From positions 704,001 through 768,000 of the forward strand of contig CAXXJJ010000004.1 of NCBI GenBank assembly GCA_963667015.2: DNA of 64,000 bases, written 5' to 3'. Every line of letters begins with the position of its first letter. Positions within the stretch are counted from its first letter, which is position 1. The position numbers and the translations under genes are program-made. The notes below the pieces were generated by a model that made no database searches, was not told where the DNA came from, and saw nothing but the letters and a program-made list of their open reading frames with translations. The DNA comes from Desulfatiglandales bacterium (lineage in GTDB: Bacteria; Desulfobacterota; DSM-4660; Desulfatiglandales; HGW-15). Below are positions 1 to 10,077 of this stretch, piece after piece.

Positions 1-1266
1 ATACTGTGCGGCAGTTCCCTTAGAAACAAAGGCGTTCAACCACTCCTTGACAATATAGTCAGCTACCTCCCTTCTCCACTTGATGTGCTTGCAGTAAAGG
101 GACATTTACCAGACAGTGGAGTTGAAGAAACAAGAGAATGTAATCCCAAAGGCCCGTTCTCAGCCCTCGTTTTTAAGGTTATGATGGATCAGGGGCGGAA
201 GATGACCTACATGAGGGTTTATTCCGGGACAATAAAGGCCGGTGACACGGTATATAATCCGGGTAAAGGTATTAAGGAAAAACTGGCAAGACTCCTCAAG
301 ATGCATTCAAATAAAAGGGAGCGAATTGACAGCGCATCGGCAGGAGATATCGTCGCTGTCATGGGACTGAAGCTTTCTACAACAGGAGATACTCTCTGCA
401 CAGAAGACAAACCTATTCTGCTTGAAGCTATCACTGTTAATGAACCTGTTATCTCCGTGGCAATGGAACCCAAAAAGATACAGGACCAGGACAAACTTCT
501 GGATGTACTTTCCAAGCTTTCGGATGAAGATCCGACATTCAAATACAGGATAGATGAAGAGACAGGCCAGATCCTGATTTCGGGAATGGGTGAACTTCAT
601 CTTGAAATCATTATTGAAAGGATCAGGAGGGAGTTCCTGGTCGAGACAAACCAGGGTAAACAGCAGGTTGTGTTCAGAGAGACCATCGCCCAGGATGTTG
701 AACATGAAGAGACCTTTGAAAAGGATCTCGCAGGCCAAAAACATTTTGCCGGTGTTAAGATCATGATATCTTCCCTCACAAGGGGCAGCGGAAATCAGTT
801 TGTAAACAAATGTGATAATCCTGCCCTCAGCCCGGAATTTATCGAAGCCATAAGGGAAGGCATTGATGAAGCTGCAACAAGCGGTATCATGATGGGGTAC
901 CCTGTTATTGATGTTGAAACAACACTCCTGGATGTTAAAATCGATGAGGCGGCTTCTGATGCCATGGCTTTCAAAGTGGCCTCAAACATGGCCTTCAGCA
1001 ATGCATGTGTAAAGGGAGATCCTCAGCTCCTTGAACCCATTATGGAGGTAGAGATACTTGTGCCTGAAGAGTTTATGGGTGAGGTTATAGGTGATCTGAA
1101 TTCCAGAAGCGGAAAGATTGAGGGGATAACGGCCAAGGGGCTTATCCAGGTAATAGATGCCAGCGTACCACTTTCAAAGATGTTCGGGTATTCCACTTCC
1201 CTCCGATCTGTTACACAGGGAAGGGCCACATACAGCATGCAGTTCAGCCATTATGATAAGGTATAA
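1..1266 (+). CDS. fusA: Elongation factor G, 5'-truncated by window edge
   Basis: Frame is open from base 1 (ILCGSSLRNKGVQPLLD..YLPSP). EF-G motifs GMGELHLEI, LLEPIMEVE and MFGYSTSLRSVTQGRATYSMQFSHY are present. Confidence 0.95.
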   Translation: MLCGSSLRNKGVQPLLDNIVSYLPSPLDVLAVKGHLPDSGVEETRECNPKGPFSALVFKVMMDQGRKMTYMRVYSGTIKAGDTVYNPGKGIKEKLARLLKMHSNKRERIDSASAGDIVAVMGLKLSTTGDTLCTEDKPILLEAITVNEPVISVAMEPKKIQDQDKLLDVLSKLSDEDPTFKYRIDEETGQILISGMGELHLEIIIERIRREFLVETNQGKQQVVFRETIAQDVEHEETFEKDLAGQKHFAGVKIMISSLTRGSGNQFVNKCDNPALSPEFIEAIREGIDEAATSGIMMGYPVIDVETTLLDVKIDEAASDAMAFKVASNMAFSNACVKGDPQLLEPIMEVEILVPEEFMGEVIGDLNSRSGKIEGITAKGLIQVIDASVPLSKMFGYSTSLRSVTQGRATYSMQFSHYDKV

Positions 1267-1274
1267 TAAAAGAA

Positions 1275-1305
1275 AGGCGCAGGGCACAGGGCTCAAGGCG
1301 CAAGG
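1275..1305 (+). repeat. Degenerate heptamer tandem repeat between convergent genes
   Basis: aggcgca-gggcaca-gggctca-aggcgca-agg. Confidence 0.6.
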
Positions 1306-1322
1306 AAAATGAAATACGGCTG

Positions 1323-1634
1323 TCAGCTCATCCTGATCATAAGCTGACCCTTTGCGACCTTGTCACCTTTGGATACGAGTATTTCAGCCACCTTTCCGTC
1401 TGATTCAGCCTCAATGTCATTGTACATCTTCATTGCTTCGAGAACAATCACCACATCACCGGCAGCTACATCCTGCCCCTTCCTGACCTTTATATCGATT
1501 ATACTCCCGGGAATAATGGCGCGTATATCTCCGGGATTAACTGCTTCTTTCTTCCCCTCCCTGATATATCCCTCCGGGATTTCTGTCTCGTAACTTGTAT
1601 CATCTACAACGAGGTGCTCTATCTTTTTTTCCAT
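1323..1634 (-). CDS. Biotin carboxyl carrier (biotinyl domain) protein
   Basis: EAMKM biotinylation motif in a ~70-aa biotinyl domain; lies directly downstream of a carboxyltransferase gene. Confidence 0.92.
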   Translation of the reverse strand: MEKKIEHLVVDDTSYETEIPEGYIREGKKEAVNPGDIRAIIPGSIIDIKVRKGQDVAAGDVVIVLEAMKMYNDIEAESDGKVAEILVSKGDKVAKGQLMIRMS

Positions 1635-1644
1635 ATCTTAATCC

Positions 1645-3201
1645 TTAGAGCGGTAAATTACCGTGTCTCCTGTTATAGGCAGAAGCCTTTTTTGTCTTTG
1701 TTATTTCAAGGGCCTTTATGAGTGCATCCCTTGTTTTATCAGGTTCAATAATCATATCAACATAACCCCTTGATGCGGCAATATAGGGATTGGCGAACTT
1801 TTCCTCATATTCCCTTACCTTTTCCTGCCTGGTTTTTTCAGGGTCATCGCTTGTTGTAATTTCTTTGCGGAAGATTATATTGGCAGCCCCTTCAGGCCCC
1901 ATTACAGCGATCTCGGCAGTGGGCCATGCAATTACCATGTTGGCTCCCAGGTGCCTGCTGCACATTGCAATATACGCCCCGCCATAGGCCTTTCTCATAA
2001 CAACAGTAAACTTGGGCACCGTAGCTTCACTGTATGAATACAGGAGCTTTGCGCCATGCCTTATTATCCCTGAATGCTCCTGGTCTACCCCGGGCAGATA
2101 CCCCGGTGTGTCCACAAATGTCAGGAGCGGGATATTGAATGAATCACAGAACCTTATAAACCTGGCAGCCTTGTCCGATGCATCTACATCAAGAACGCCT
2201 GCCAGCACCCTGGGCTGGTTGGCAATTATACCTACAGGCTTTCCTGAGATTCGGGCAAACCCGATCACGATATTCTTTGCAAAGAGTTCCTGCACTTCAA
2301 AAAATCTTGAACCGTCGACTATGCCCCTGATTATATCTTTTACATCGTAGGGTTTTTTTCTTTCATTTGGCAGAACCCTACGGCTCTCAGGATGCCCGAG
2401 AGGAGTTTCCGGAGGATCTATCTTTTTTGAAACAGGCGGTTCTTCACTGCTGTTTGCAGGAAGATATGAAAGGAGCTCTCTTATCTGCTCAAAGGCCTCA
2501 GCCTCTGTATTTGCATAGAAATGTGCATTACCGGTTTTTTCCGCATGTGTTTTTGCACCGCCCAGGCTTTCGGCATCTATCTCTTCGCCTATTACCGATT
2601 TGATTACCTGCGGGCCTGTAATAAACATGTTGGATATCCTGTCCACAACAAAGACAAAGTCAGTAAGCGCGGGGGAATATACTGCACCACCGGCACATGG
2701 ACCGAGTATAACCGACAACTGGGGTACCACACCGCTTAACTGGGTATTCCTGTAAAAGATATCGCCGTAACCGCAGAGTGAATCCACGCCTTCCTGAATC
2801 CTTGCTCCGCCGGAATCATTTATACCTATAAGAGGGATACCCATATCACCGGCAGAATCCATGATCTTTACAATTTTACCTGCATGGGCCTTGCCGAGAG
2901 ACCCACCTGCAACAGTAAAATCCTGGGCAAATACGGCAACAGGTCTTTCATCCACTTTGCCGAAACCTGTTACAACACCGTCTCCGGCAAGCTTTTTGGA
3001 TTCCATACCGAAATCCTTTACGGAGTGCTCAACAAAGAGGTCTGTCTCAAAAAAAGATTCCAGGTCAAGGATATTATCTATCCTCTCTCTTGCGTTGAGT
3101 TTTCCTATTTTCTTCTGTTTCTGAATGGATGCCTCACCACCCCCCTTTAGCAGGCGGGATGCCCTTGAAACAAAATCATTAATTTTATCTTTTATATTCA
3201 T
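1645..3201 (-). CDS. Acyl-CoA carboxyltransferase (PccB / methylmalonyl-CoA decarboxylase alpha type)
   Basis: DSGGARIQEG, GPCAGGAVYSPALTDF, RKAYGGAY, AVMGPEGA and C-terminal HGNLPL motifs. Confidence 0.93.
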   Translation of the reverse strand: MNIKDKINDFVSRASRLLKGGGEASIQKQKKIGKLNARERIDNILDLESFFETDLFVEHSVKDFGMESKKLAGDGVVTGFGKVDERPVAVFAQDFTVAGGSLGKAHAGKIVKIMDSAGDMGIPLIGINDSGGARIQEGVDSLCGYGDIFYRNTQLSGVVPQLSVILGPCAGGAVYSPALTDFVFVVDRISNMFITGPQVIKSVIGEEIDAESLGGAKTHAEKTGNAHFYANTEAEAFEQIRELLSYLPANSSEEPPVSKKIDPPETPLGHPESRRVLPNERKKPYDVKDIIRGIVDGSRFFEVQELFAKNIVIGFARISGKPVGIIANQPRVLAGVLDVDASDKAARFIRFCDSFNIPLLTFVDTPGYLPGVDQEHSGIIRHGAKLLYSYSEATVPKFTVVMRKAYGGAYIAMCSRHLGANMVIAWPTAEIAVMGPEGAANIIFRKEITTSDDPEKTRQEKVREYEEKFANPYIAASRGYVDMIIEPDKTRDALIKALEITKTKKASAYNRRHGNLPL

Positions 3202-3222
3202 TGGTCTATAAACCTTTCTGTA

Positions 3223-4047
3223 TTATCCTGCAATTATTCTGCAGTTGTTTGTAAGCCTTCCTATGCCTTCTATTTCGACAGTAACCCTGTCACCATCTTT
3301 CATGTATATGGACGGCTCTCTGAATGTTCCGACTCCATGGGGTGTTCCGGTAAGTATAACATCTCCCGGAAGAAGGGTAAAATTTCGGGATATAAAGCTT
3401 ATCAGTTCAGGGATTTTAAAAAGCATCAAATCAGTATTGCTGTCCTGCATCAACTTGTCATTGAGACTGCATTTTATTGATAGAGTATTTGGATCTTTTA
3501 TTTCATCCGCAGTTACAATCCATGGTCCGAGCGGACAAAAGGTATCAAGGGATTTTCCCCTTACCCACTGACCATCACCGAACTGCAGGTCCCTTGCACT
3601 CACATCATTTGCACATGTATATCCGAAAATGTTCTCCATCACTTCTTCTTCGGGGCATTTATAGATTTTTTTTCCGATGATCACAGCAAGCTCGGCCTCA
3701 AAATCCACCTTTTTTGTGAGATCAGTGTTCCATAAAATTGTCTTTTGATGTGCAAGAAGACTTGTAGAGTATTTTGAAAAAAGCAAAGGCCTTTCGGGCG
3801 GTTCTCCATGGCTCTCTTTGATATGGTCCAGGTAGTTCAAACCGATACATACTATTTTGGAAGGTCTTGTCAGGGCAGGAGCAAAATCTATATTTTCAGA
3901 CAAAATCGGATTTTTCTCTTTGATAGTCTCCGGTTTCTCAGAAATGAAATCAACCATATCACCGGCAAAATCAATGGGAAACACCTCATTTCCATCGAGT
4001 ATGCCAAGCCGGATACTACCATTATCGCGGTATTGTAAAATCTTCAT
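3223..4047 (-). CDS. Fumarylacetoacetate hydrolase family protein
   Basis: KIVCIGLNY, DFEAEL, NDVSARDLQ, GKSLDTF and ILTGTP motifs; start placed at MKILQ. Confidence 0.92.
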   Translation of the reverse strand: MKILQYRDNGSIRLGILDGNEVFPIDFAGDMVDFISEKPETIKEKNPILSENIDFAPALTRPSKIVCIGLNYLDHIKESHGEPPERPLLFSKYSTSLLAHQKTILWNTDLTKKVDFEAELAVIIGKKIYKCPEEEVMENIFGYTCANDVSARDLQFGDGQWVRGKSLDTFCPLGPWIVTADEIKDPNTLSIKCSLNDKLMQDSNTDLMLFKIPELISFISRNFTLLPGDVILTGTPHGVGTFREPSIYMKDGDRVTVEIEGIGRLTNNCRIIAG

Positions 4048-4182
4048 TTTCCCTATCCCTCTCCGTAAAAACAAAAGGGTTTAACACAAGGCAACACACC
4101 CAGTCAAATTAAAATCCGGGTATTATTACAGGAAAAAATCTGCTATAAGACCACTCATCTCATAAAATAAGGATATAAGCAA

Positions 4183-5373
4183 ATGGAATTACTTGCCCCT
4201 GCGGGGAACCTGGAAAAACTGAAATGGTCGGTCACCTATGGCGCTGATGCCGTTTATTTCGGAACTGAGTTCGGTTCTCTTAGAAGCTTTGCAGGTAATT
4301 TCAGTATGGACGATGCCAGGAAAGGGATTGGCTACCTGCATAAAAGAGGGAAAAAAGGATATGTAGCCCTCAATATTTATCCCTTTTCAGAGGAATTTGA
4401 GAAAATAAGGGACACGGCAATAGCCCTTGATGACATGGGAATAGACGCGTTCATAATCTCCGACATCGGGGTCCTTAGAGAATTATCAAAACTCGGGTTA
4501 AAGGCTGAACTGCATATAAGTACACAGGCCAATACCACCAGTTATCAGGCAGCCCTTGCCTACAGCGAACTGGGGGCTTCAAGAGTTATTCTGGCCCGGG
4601 AACTTTCCATTGACCGAATCAGGGAGATTACAAAAAAAACAAAAGGAAGCATAGAAACAGAGGTGTTTATTCATGGAGCCGTATGTTTCTCCTATTCAGG
4701 TAGATGTGCAATAAGCGATTACCTTACAGGATACAGGGCAAACCGAGGTGAATGCAAACACCCGTGCAGGTGGAAATATGCCTTAATGGAAGAAACAAGG
4801 CCCGGAAAATATATGCCCGTATTTGAAGATGACAGAGGCCTTTACCTTTTTAACAGCAGGGATACTGCATTATTTGAGTTTTTGCCTGACCTCATGGAAG
4901 CAGGAATTGCATCAATAAAGATTGAAGGCAGAATGAAATCCATACATTATCTTGCAACCGTTGTATCCTATTACAGGCAGGTACTGGACGGCAAAAAGTT
5001 TTCAAAAGAGCAGAGTATCAGGATGCTCTGCAGGGTTCCAAACAGGGGGCTTTCCACTGGGTTCATCAAGGGATATATTGACGAAAACGATTATCAGCTT
5101 GAAGAGAGCGGCTCCTACTCTGAGTCTGTTTTTGTAGGTAATATTATCGAAGAAAAAAATGACGATATGTCTGTTCTGGAGGTAAGAAACAAGATACATG
5201 AAGGCGAGACACTTGAGGTACTGAATACTGACGGGACACTTTCAGAAATAAAGATGTCATCCCCTCTCATTACAAAAACCGGGCAGAAGCTTACCGAAGT
5301 AAATCACTCGCAATTCATCCTTATTGATATGGATCTCCCCCCCTATACCATTCTCAGGAGGGTAAAAGATTAG
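4183..5373 (+). CDS. Peptidase U32 family protein (TrhP-like, probable tRNA hydroxylation)
   Basis: MELLAPAG start, HISTQAN, HGAVCFSYSGRC..NRGECKHPCRW FeS-cysteine motif, KIEGRMK. Confidence 0.85.
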   Translation: MELLAPAGNLEKLKWSVTYGADAVYFGTEFGSLRSFAGNFSMDDARKGIGYLHKRGKKGYVALNIYPFSEEFEKIRDTAIALDDMGIDAFIISDIGVLRELSKLGLKAELHISTQANTTSYQAALAYSELGASRVILARELSIDRIREITKKTKGSIETEVFIHGAVCFSYSGRCAISDYLTGYRANRGECKHPCRWKYALMEETRPGKYMPVFEDDRGLYLFNSRDTALFEFLPDLMEAGIASIKIEGRMKSIHYLATVVSYYRQVLDGKKFSKEQSIRMLCRVPNRGLSTGFIKGYIDENDYQLEESGSYSESVFVGNIIEEKNDDMSVLEVRNKIHEGETLEVLNTDGTLSEIKMSSPLITKTGQKLTEVNHSQFILIDMDLPPYTILRRVKD

Positions 5374-7748
5374 TTCTCTCCCGGTTTTTTGAAGATATTC
5401 TGAACCGCCGCTGATAATTCTGTCTTTGTAAAGGGTTTCAGAATATAGGCTGAAAATCCTGTCTCTTTCGCCTTCTTCTCATCAATCAATGGATTATGGC
5501 CAGAAGAGAGTATGACCGGGATATCAGATCTTATATCTCTTATTTTCTCAAAGAGCATCAGCGCGTTCATCTGGGGCATGGCCATATCGGTAATAACTAG
5601 ATCATAGTATTCAGGATCTTTCTTCAGAAGTTCGAGGGCTTTTTTAGGATTTGTTTCCGGATCTACCTTAAACCCCATGCTTTCCAGCAGCCGCGTAGCA
5701 ATCTTTGTTATCTGCTCTTCGTCATCAATAAAAAGTATTTTCTTTCTGTCTGATGAAATATTCGTATCCGGGATATCCTCTTTTACCTCTTCTTTTATAC
5801 CCGGCAACAGGATTGTAAAGGTGGCGCCTCTTCCGGGTTTACTTTTAACATTGATTGATCCCTTGTGTTTATTGACTATTCCCTGCACTACGGAAAGTCC
5901 CATACCTGATCCCTTGCCTACCTCTTTTGTAGTAAAGTATGGATCAAAAATCTTTTCATGCAGATCAGCAGGAATACCGGGACCATTATCACTTATGACA
6001 ATTTTAATATACTCGCCATTGGAAAGGACATCACCATTAACTTCTGGTAAATGATCAACGGTAATGTTTTGTACGCTGACATTTATCTTTCCTCCGGTGC
6101 TTTCCATTGCCTGGGCAGAATTTGCACAGATATTCATTATGATTTGATCAATCTGGGTTGGATCGGCAATAATACTGGGGTTAGAGACATCTATCTCTTT
6201 TTCTATTTCAATCGTAGCAGAGATTGTTGATCTTAAAAATTTCAGGGCATCATCTATTACCGATACGATATCAATCCTTTCCTTTTTTACATCCATATTT
6301 CTGCTGAAGGTAAGCAGCTGGCGGACGACCTCCTTTGCCCTCAGAACGGCCTTTACTATTTCCTGCAGGTTGGCGTATGCAGGATTCCATTCGGGAACAT
6401 CATCCATACACAACTCAGTGTTACCGATAATAATCCCCAGTATATTATTGATATCATGCGCGACACCGCCTGCAAGGGTACCTATTGTCTCCATCTTCTG
6501 AGCATGATGTAGTTTCAGTTCCAGTTGATTTCTTTCCTGCTCCATCAATTTTTGTTCGGTAACATCCTGGCCTGTTCCTCTTATCAGGTATCGTTTTCCT
6601 TCCCTGTATTCATGCCTGCCCACAAAAATCGATAGATACCTGATTTCACCATTCGGCCTAATTATTCTGTATTCAATATGGTAGTCCTCTTCCTGACGAC
6701 TATGCATTGACTTAACGCGCTCAAAATCATCAGGATGGATATAATCAAGATATCTTTCAGGGTTCAAATCATCTGTTTTATCAATACCATGAATTTTATA
6801 TAATTCATCGGACCACCAAAGTTCTTTAGTTTCGAGGTTATATTCATAGGTACCGATATGGGCGATCTCCTGGGTTTGAAAAAGCCTTTGTTCATTGAGG
6901 ATTCTTTCCTCATCATGTTTTTTCTGATCTGTAATATCCTGACAGATTCCAAAAACATGAACAATATTTCCCCGGGAATCTCTTGATATCCTCGACCGGG
7001 AATATAAGTATCTGATATGACCCTTATCATCAAAAATCCTGTACTCTATATTATAGGGTATGGCCTCATTAATTGAGCCCTGAAACGCCTGCACCACTTT
7101 TTCTGCATCATCAGGGTGGGTTTTTGCTTTCATGGCGTCCAGTACATTACCCTGCCAGTCCTCCGGGATTTCCCAGATTCTTTTAAGTTCATCGGAACAT
7201 AGAAAGACACCTGTCTCTACATCCAGTTCCCAGCTTCCTATATGTGCTATACGTTGTGTTTCTGCCAGGTTATGCTGATACTTTTGAATGGTCGACTCTA
7301 TTTCTTTCTGCTCCTCCAGATTCCTGCAAAGGCATATCTGCCATACCTTATTATCTACGGGGAAAAGGTGCCCATTGACTTCAACATCGATCAGGGTGCC
7401 GTCTTTTCGTTTATGAATTGATTCAAAACTCACCAGGGTATTCTGAACTATCTTTGCGCTCAGTTTTATTTGTTCAGGAGTAAACAGGGTATCCCAGTCC
7501 CATACAGATAATTTTAATATTTCCTCACGGGAATACTTGAGCATATCAATAAATCTGCTGTTTGCCTCAAAAACAGAAAAATTATTATCCAGCAATACAA
7601 CCGGGCAATTAATGGTCTCCAGTTTTTCTCTTAGACTATCCGGATTTGAGATAAGCGCCGATACTGTCTCAATGAATTCATCATTTATGATAAGATTCGG
7701 GTCATCCGCCAGGTAGGCTTTCTGTACTTCGCCTTTATTCTCAGCCAT
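5370..7748 (-). CDS. Multi-PAS hybrid sensor histidine kinase with receiver domain
   Basis: Three PAS/PAC repeats, H-box LAGGVAHDINN, DNGPG, FTTKEVGKGSGMGL, and a C-terminal receiver (FIDDE..TDMAMP..KPF). Confidence 0.92.
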   Translation of the reverse strand: MAENKGEVQKAYLADDPNLIINDEFIETVSALISNPDSLREKLETINCPVVLLDNNFSVFEANSRFIDMLKYSREEILKLSVWDWDTLFTPEQIKLSAKIVQNTLVSFESIHKRKDGTLIDVEVNGHLFPVDNKVWQICLCRNLEEQKEIESTIQKYQHNLAETQRIAHIGSWELDVETGVFLCSDELKRIWEIPEDWQGNVLDAMKAKTHPDDAEKVVQAFQGSINEAIPYNIEYRIFDDKGHIRYLYSRSRISRDSRGNIVHVFGICQDITDQKKHDEERILNEQRLFQTQEIAHIGTYEYNLETKELWWSDELYKIHGIDKTDDLNPERYLDYIHPDDFERVKSMHSRQEEDYHIEYRIIRPNGEIRYLSIFVGRHEYREGKRYLIRGTGQDVTEQKLMEQERNQLELKLHHAQKMETIGTLAGGVAHDINNILGIIIGNTELCMDDVPEWNPAYANLQEIVKAVLRAKEVVRQLLTFSRNMDVKKERIDIVSVIDDALKFLRSTISATIEIEKEIDVSNPSIIADPTQIDQIIMNICANSAQAMESTGGKINVSVQNITVDHLPEVNGDVLSNGEYIKIVISDNGPGIPADLHEKIFDPYFTTKEVGKGSGMGLSVVQGIVNKHKGSINVKSKPGRGATFTILLPGIKEEVKEDIPDTNISSDRKKILFIDDEEQITKIATRLLESMGFKVDPETNPKKALELLKKDPEYYDLVITDMAMPQMNALMLFEKIRDIRSDIPVILSSGHNPLIDEKKAKETGFSAYILKPFTKTELSAAVQNIFKKPGEN

Positions 7749-8084
7749 GGTTTACCTCTGAACAGCATATATTAAATTAATTTTTTCTTTATTGATCAGG
7801 TAAAGCAAAGCAAATTAACAGGTAATTAATCTCATATGAAATTATAACAATCAATGCAAATATCATAATCTTTCATAAAAGTATATGACCAGTTAATCAC
7901 ATGAAAGAGCAAAGCAAATACACAATAAATCCATAATAAGACTTATTGTATCACAATATGTAGTACCCGATATTGACATAATCCCGGATAAAAGTATATA
8001 AATTTGTTATTTTTTAAACTGATTAAATCATTTGCGGAGAGAAAAAAATGCGCATGTTTAGTCGATTCGATCGGAGATTAGGGA

Positions 8085-8474
8085 ATGGAGATATTAAACT
8101 GGGAGGAAGAGCGGAAGCTTATAAATGAAAATGCTATAGCGCAACATGAAAGACTTCATAAACTGTTTAAGGAAAATCGTTTTGCATTTGAAATCGAAAG
8201 AAAAAAAATGATCAACGAAATAATAGAAAATGCAGCAAATGAAGATCAGAAAAAAAGATTAAAGAAGATTCAGGAATCCTGGGACAATAAGATGAAAAAA
8301 GCAGGAACAAAAAGTAACAGATTTACGCTGGCTCAGCACCTTTTCTGGGAGCATGTTGAAAACATCTGGAATCCGTTTATTCAGGAATTCAGCAGAGAAT
8401 TAAGCAGCCTGGTTAAACAAAGAGGATATTCAAAGGTAATACACCAGGCATCCGCAGAAAATACCCGGGTATAA
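8085..8474 (+). CDS. Small helical protein, DUF3135-like
   Basis: 129-aa ORF; LFKENRFAFEIERKKMINEII..RLKKIQ pattern resembles DUF3135 (recognised from memory); TTGACA upstream near 7973. Confidence 0.6.
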   Translation: MEILNWEEERKLINENAIAQHERLHKLFKENRFAFEIERKKMINEIIENAANEDQKKRLKKIQESWDNKMKKAGTKSNRFTLAQHLFWEHVENIWNPFIQEFSRELSSLVKQRGYSKVIHQASAENTRV

Positions 8475-8485
8475 TCGATTTACAA

Positions 8486-8530
8486 AAAAAATAACCCGGT
8501 TCTCATTTCAAATGGTACCGGGTTATTTTT
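8486..8530. terminator. Bidirectional intrinsic terminator
   Basis: aaaaataacccggt...accgggttattttt inverted repeat between convergent genes. Confidence 0.75.
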
Positions 8531-8542
8531 AATAGTTATTGT

Positions 8543-9790
8543 TTACGCTTTATTTTTTTTGGCAAAAATAGAAACAAGAACTGTAACAACGACAAGAATA
8601 GCAACCAGCACTAATGCAATAGTCTTAACCTTGTTTCCCAGGACAATAAATGAAAGGTAGGCTCCCAGAGCACTGCCCAGGTTTGTAAGCACCACCACAA
8701 GAAGTATCTTGGTTATCTTGTTGCGCCAGAAACCTTTTATTGATGTAATATCATCCGGTAAGGACTCAAAATCCCTTACCTTGGGTTTGCTGATAAAAAT
8801 CTGAACAACGCCGGCAACCCAGCCAGCCGCAATCATCGGGTTAAGGGAAGTAATTGGAGAAGCAACTGCAGCCGTAATAATGGTCAGTGGATGTGCCAGG
8901 GCAATGGCTGCACCAATTCCGGCGAATACCATATTGGCAACAAACCAGAATTTTATCATTTCCTTGCCTTCTTCTGCTCCTATCATAAAAAATCCTGCAA
9001 CAATAAGAGAGATTATTATCGTGGGAACGCCCCATTTTAATATCGGGCCTATCTTTCCCTTAGGCGGCTTTTTTTCAAGCTCATCCATATCAATGCTTTT
9101 TTCCCATCCAGCTTTTATTCCGGGAACATGGCCGGCACCGACAACTGCAACAATTTTCTGACCGGGGGCATTCCTTATTTTCTCGGTAAGATACTGATCT
9201 CTTTCATCAATGAGTATTTTCTTAAGTTGAGGCTGAGACTCTCCAATTTCGGAAAGCAGTGTTTCGAGCATGTCCTTGTTTTTTAGCTCTTCAACCTCTT
9301 CTTCACTTATTTCATCAGCACCAAAGGAGGAAGCAACAAACTGAGCCATCAATTTAATCTTTTCCCAGAATGTAACTGCGTGCCATGCCCTTGCCAGGGT
9401 TATCCTTATATCCCTGTCAGCCAGGTGGATTTTAGACTCTGACAATTCGGCGGATCTTATGGCCTGGGCCATTTCTTCACCGGGCTTTATCCCGAGCTTT
9501 TTCCCAATCTTCCTCTGTATTGAGGCCAGCATAAACTGAGCAAGCAGGAGAGATGCCTTCTTTTCTTTCAGGACCTTTAGTAAATCCGTATCCTGCCATT
9601 CCTGTTTTTGGGTAAGGGCCTTAAACCTTGATTCACACAGTTCAATACAAACCGTATCAGGTTTTTCTTCGTCAATTATATCACGAACCAGATCCACGCT
9701 CTTCTGCGAGACATGGGCGGTTCCGAGAATTATTATTTCTTTTCCATCATATTCAAGCCGATGGACATCATTATTATCAAGCATTATCAA
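8543..9790 (-). CDS. TraB/PrgY/GumN (TIKI) family membrane protein
   Basis: LGTAHVS, VCIELC, ADRDI, IDERD, VVGAGHVPG motifs with C-terminal transmembrane helices. Confidence 0.9.
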   Translation of the reverse strand: MIMLDNNDVHRLEYDGKEIIILGTAHVSQKSVDLVRDIIDEEKPDTVCIELCESRFKALTQKQEWQDTDLLKVLKEKKASLLLAQFMLASIQRKIGKKLGIKPGEEMAQAIRSAELSESKIHLADRDIRITLARAWHAVTFWEKIKLMAQFVASSFGADEISEEEVEELKNKDMLETLLSEIGESQPQLKKILIDERDQYLTEKIRNAPGQKIVAVVGAGHVPGIKAGWEKSIDMDELEKKPPKGKIGPILKWGVPTIIISLIVAGFFMIGAEEGKEMIKFWFVANMVFAGIGAAIALAHPLTIITAAVASPITSLNPMIAAGWVAGVVQIFISKPKVRDFESLPDDITSIKGFWRNKITKILLVVVLTNLGSALGAYLSFIVLGNKVKTIALVLVAILVVVTVLVSIFAKKNKA

Positions 9791-9891
9791 AGTCCCTGCC
9801 TTATTGGTGATATATTCGAAAAATCAGAGTTTACATTGCAGACCCATATGGGTATGTCAAGAAAAATAAAATATCCGGGGAAATAGACTGG

Positions 9892-9927
9892 AAACAAAAA
9901 CGGGACATTTTACAATGTCCCTGTTTT
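9892..9927 (-). terminator. Intrinsic terminator
   Basis: Minus strand reads GGGACATT-GTAA-AATGTCCC-GTTTTTGTTT: GNRA tetraloop followed by a U tract. Confidence 0.75.
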
Positions 9928-10051
9928 ATATTTTCAATATAATGCCTCCCAAGAAGCCGTTATTTTCCGAGTGCGATTCTCTTCTTTTATAAATTTGAGT
10001 AGCACAGCAGAAAAGATTCACGCGCACCCGAGAAGCATCTATTGAATATGT
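9892..10051 (-). ncRNA. Candidate structured sigma54-dependent small RNA
   Basis: Bounded by a consensus sigma54 promoter (10062-10077) and an intrinsic terminator (9892-9927); long self-complementary stems; no ORF with a credible RBS. Confidence 0.55.
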
Positions 10052-10061
10052 TTTTAATTAT

Positions 10062-10077
10062 AGCAATTAACGTGCCA
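10062..10077 (-). promoter_or_regulatory. Sigma54 (-24/-12) promoter
   Basis: TGGCACGTTAATTGCT, an exact match to TGGCAC-N5-TTGCW. Confidence 0.8.

Noticed and set aside
9926..10021. 31-codon GTG-start ORF inside the sRNA candidate
   Set aside because: It has no RBS, and extensive base pairing explains the sequence better. It is not fully excluded.
9892..10051. 6S RNA or SRP RNA identity for the structured RNA
   Set aside because: It lacks the SRP GGAA-loop domain and a symmetric central bubble, and it is not in the usual zapA/ygfA context.
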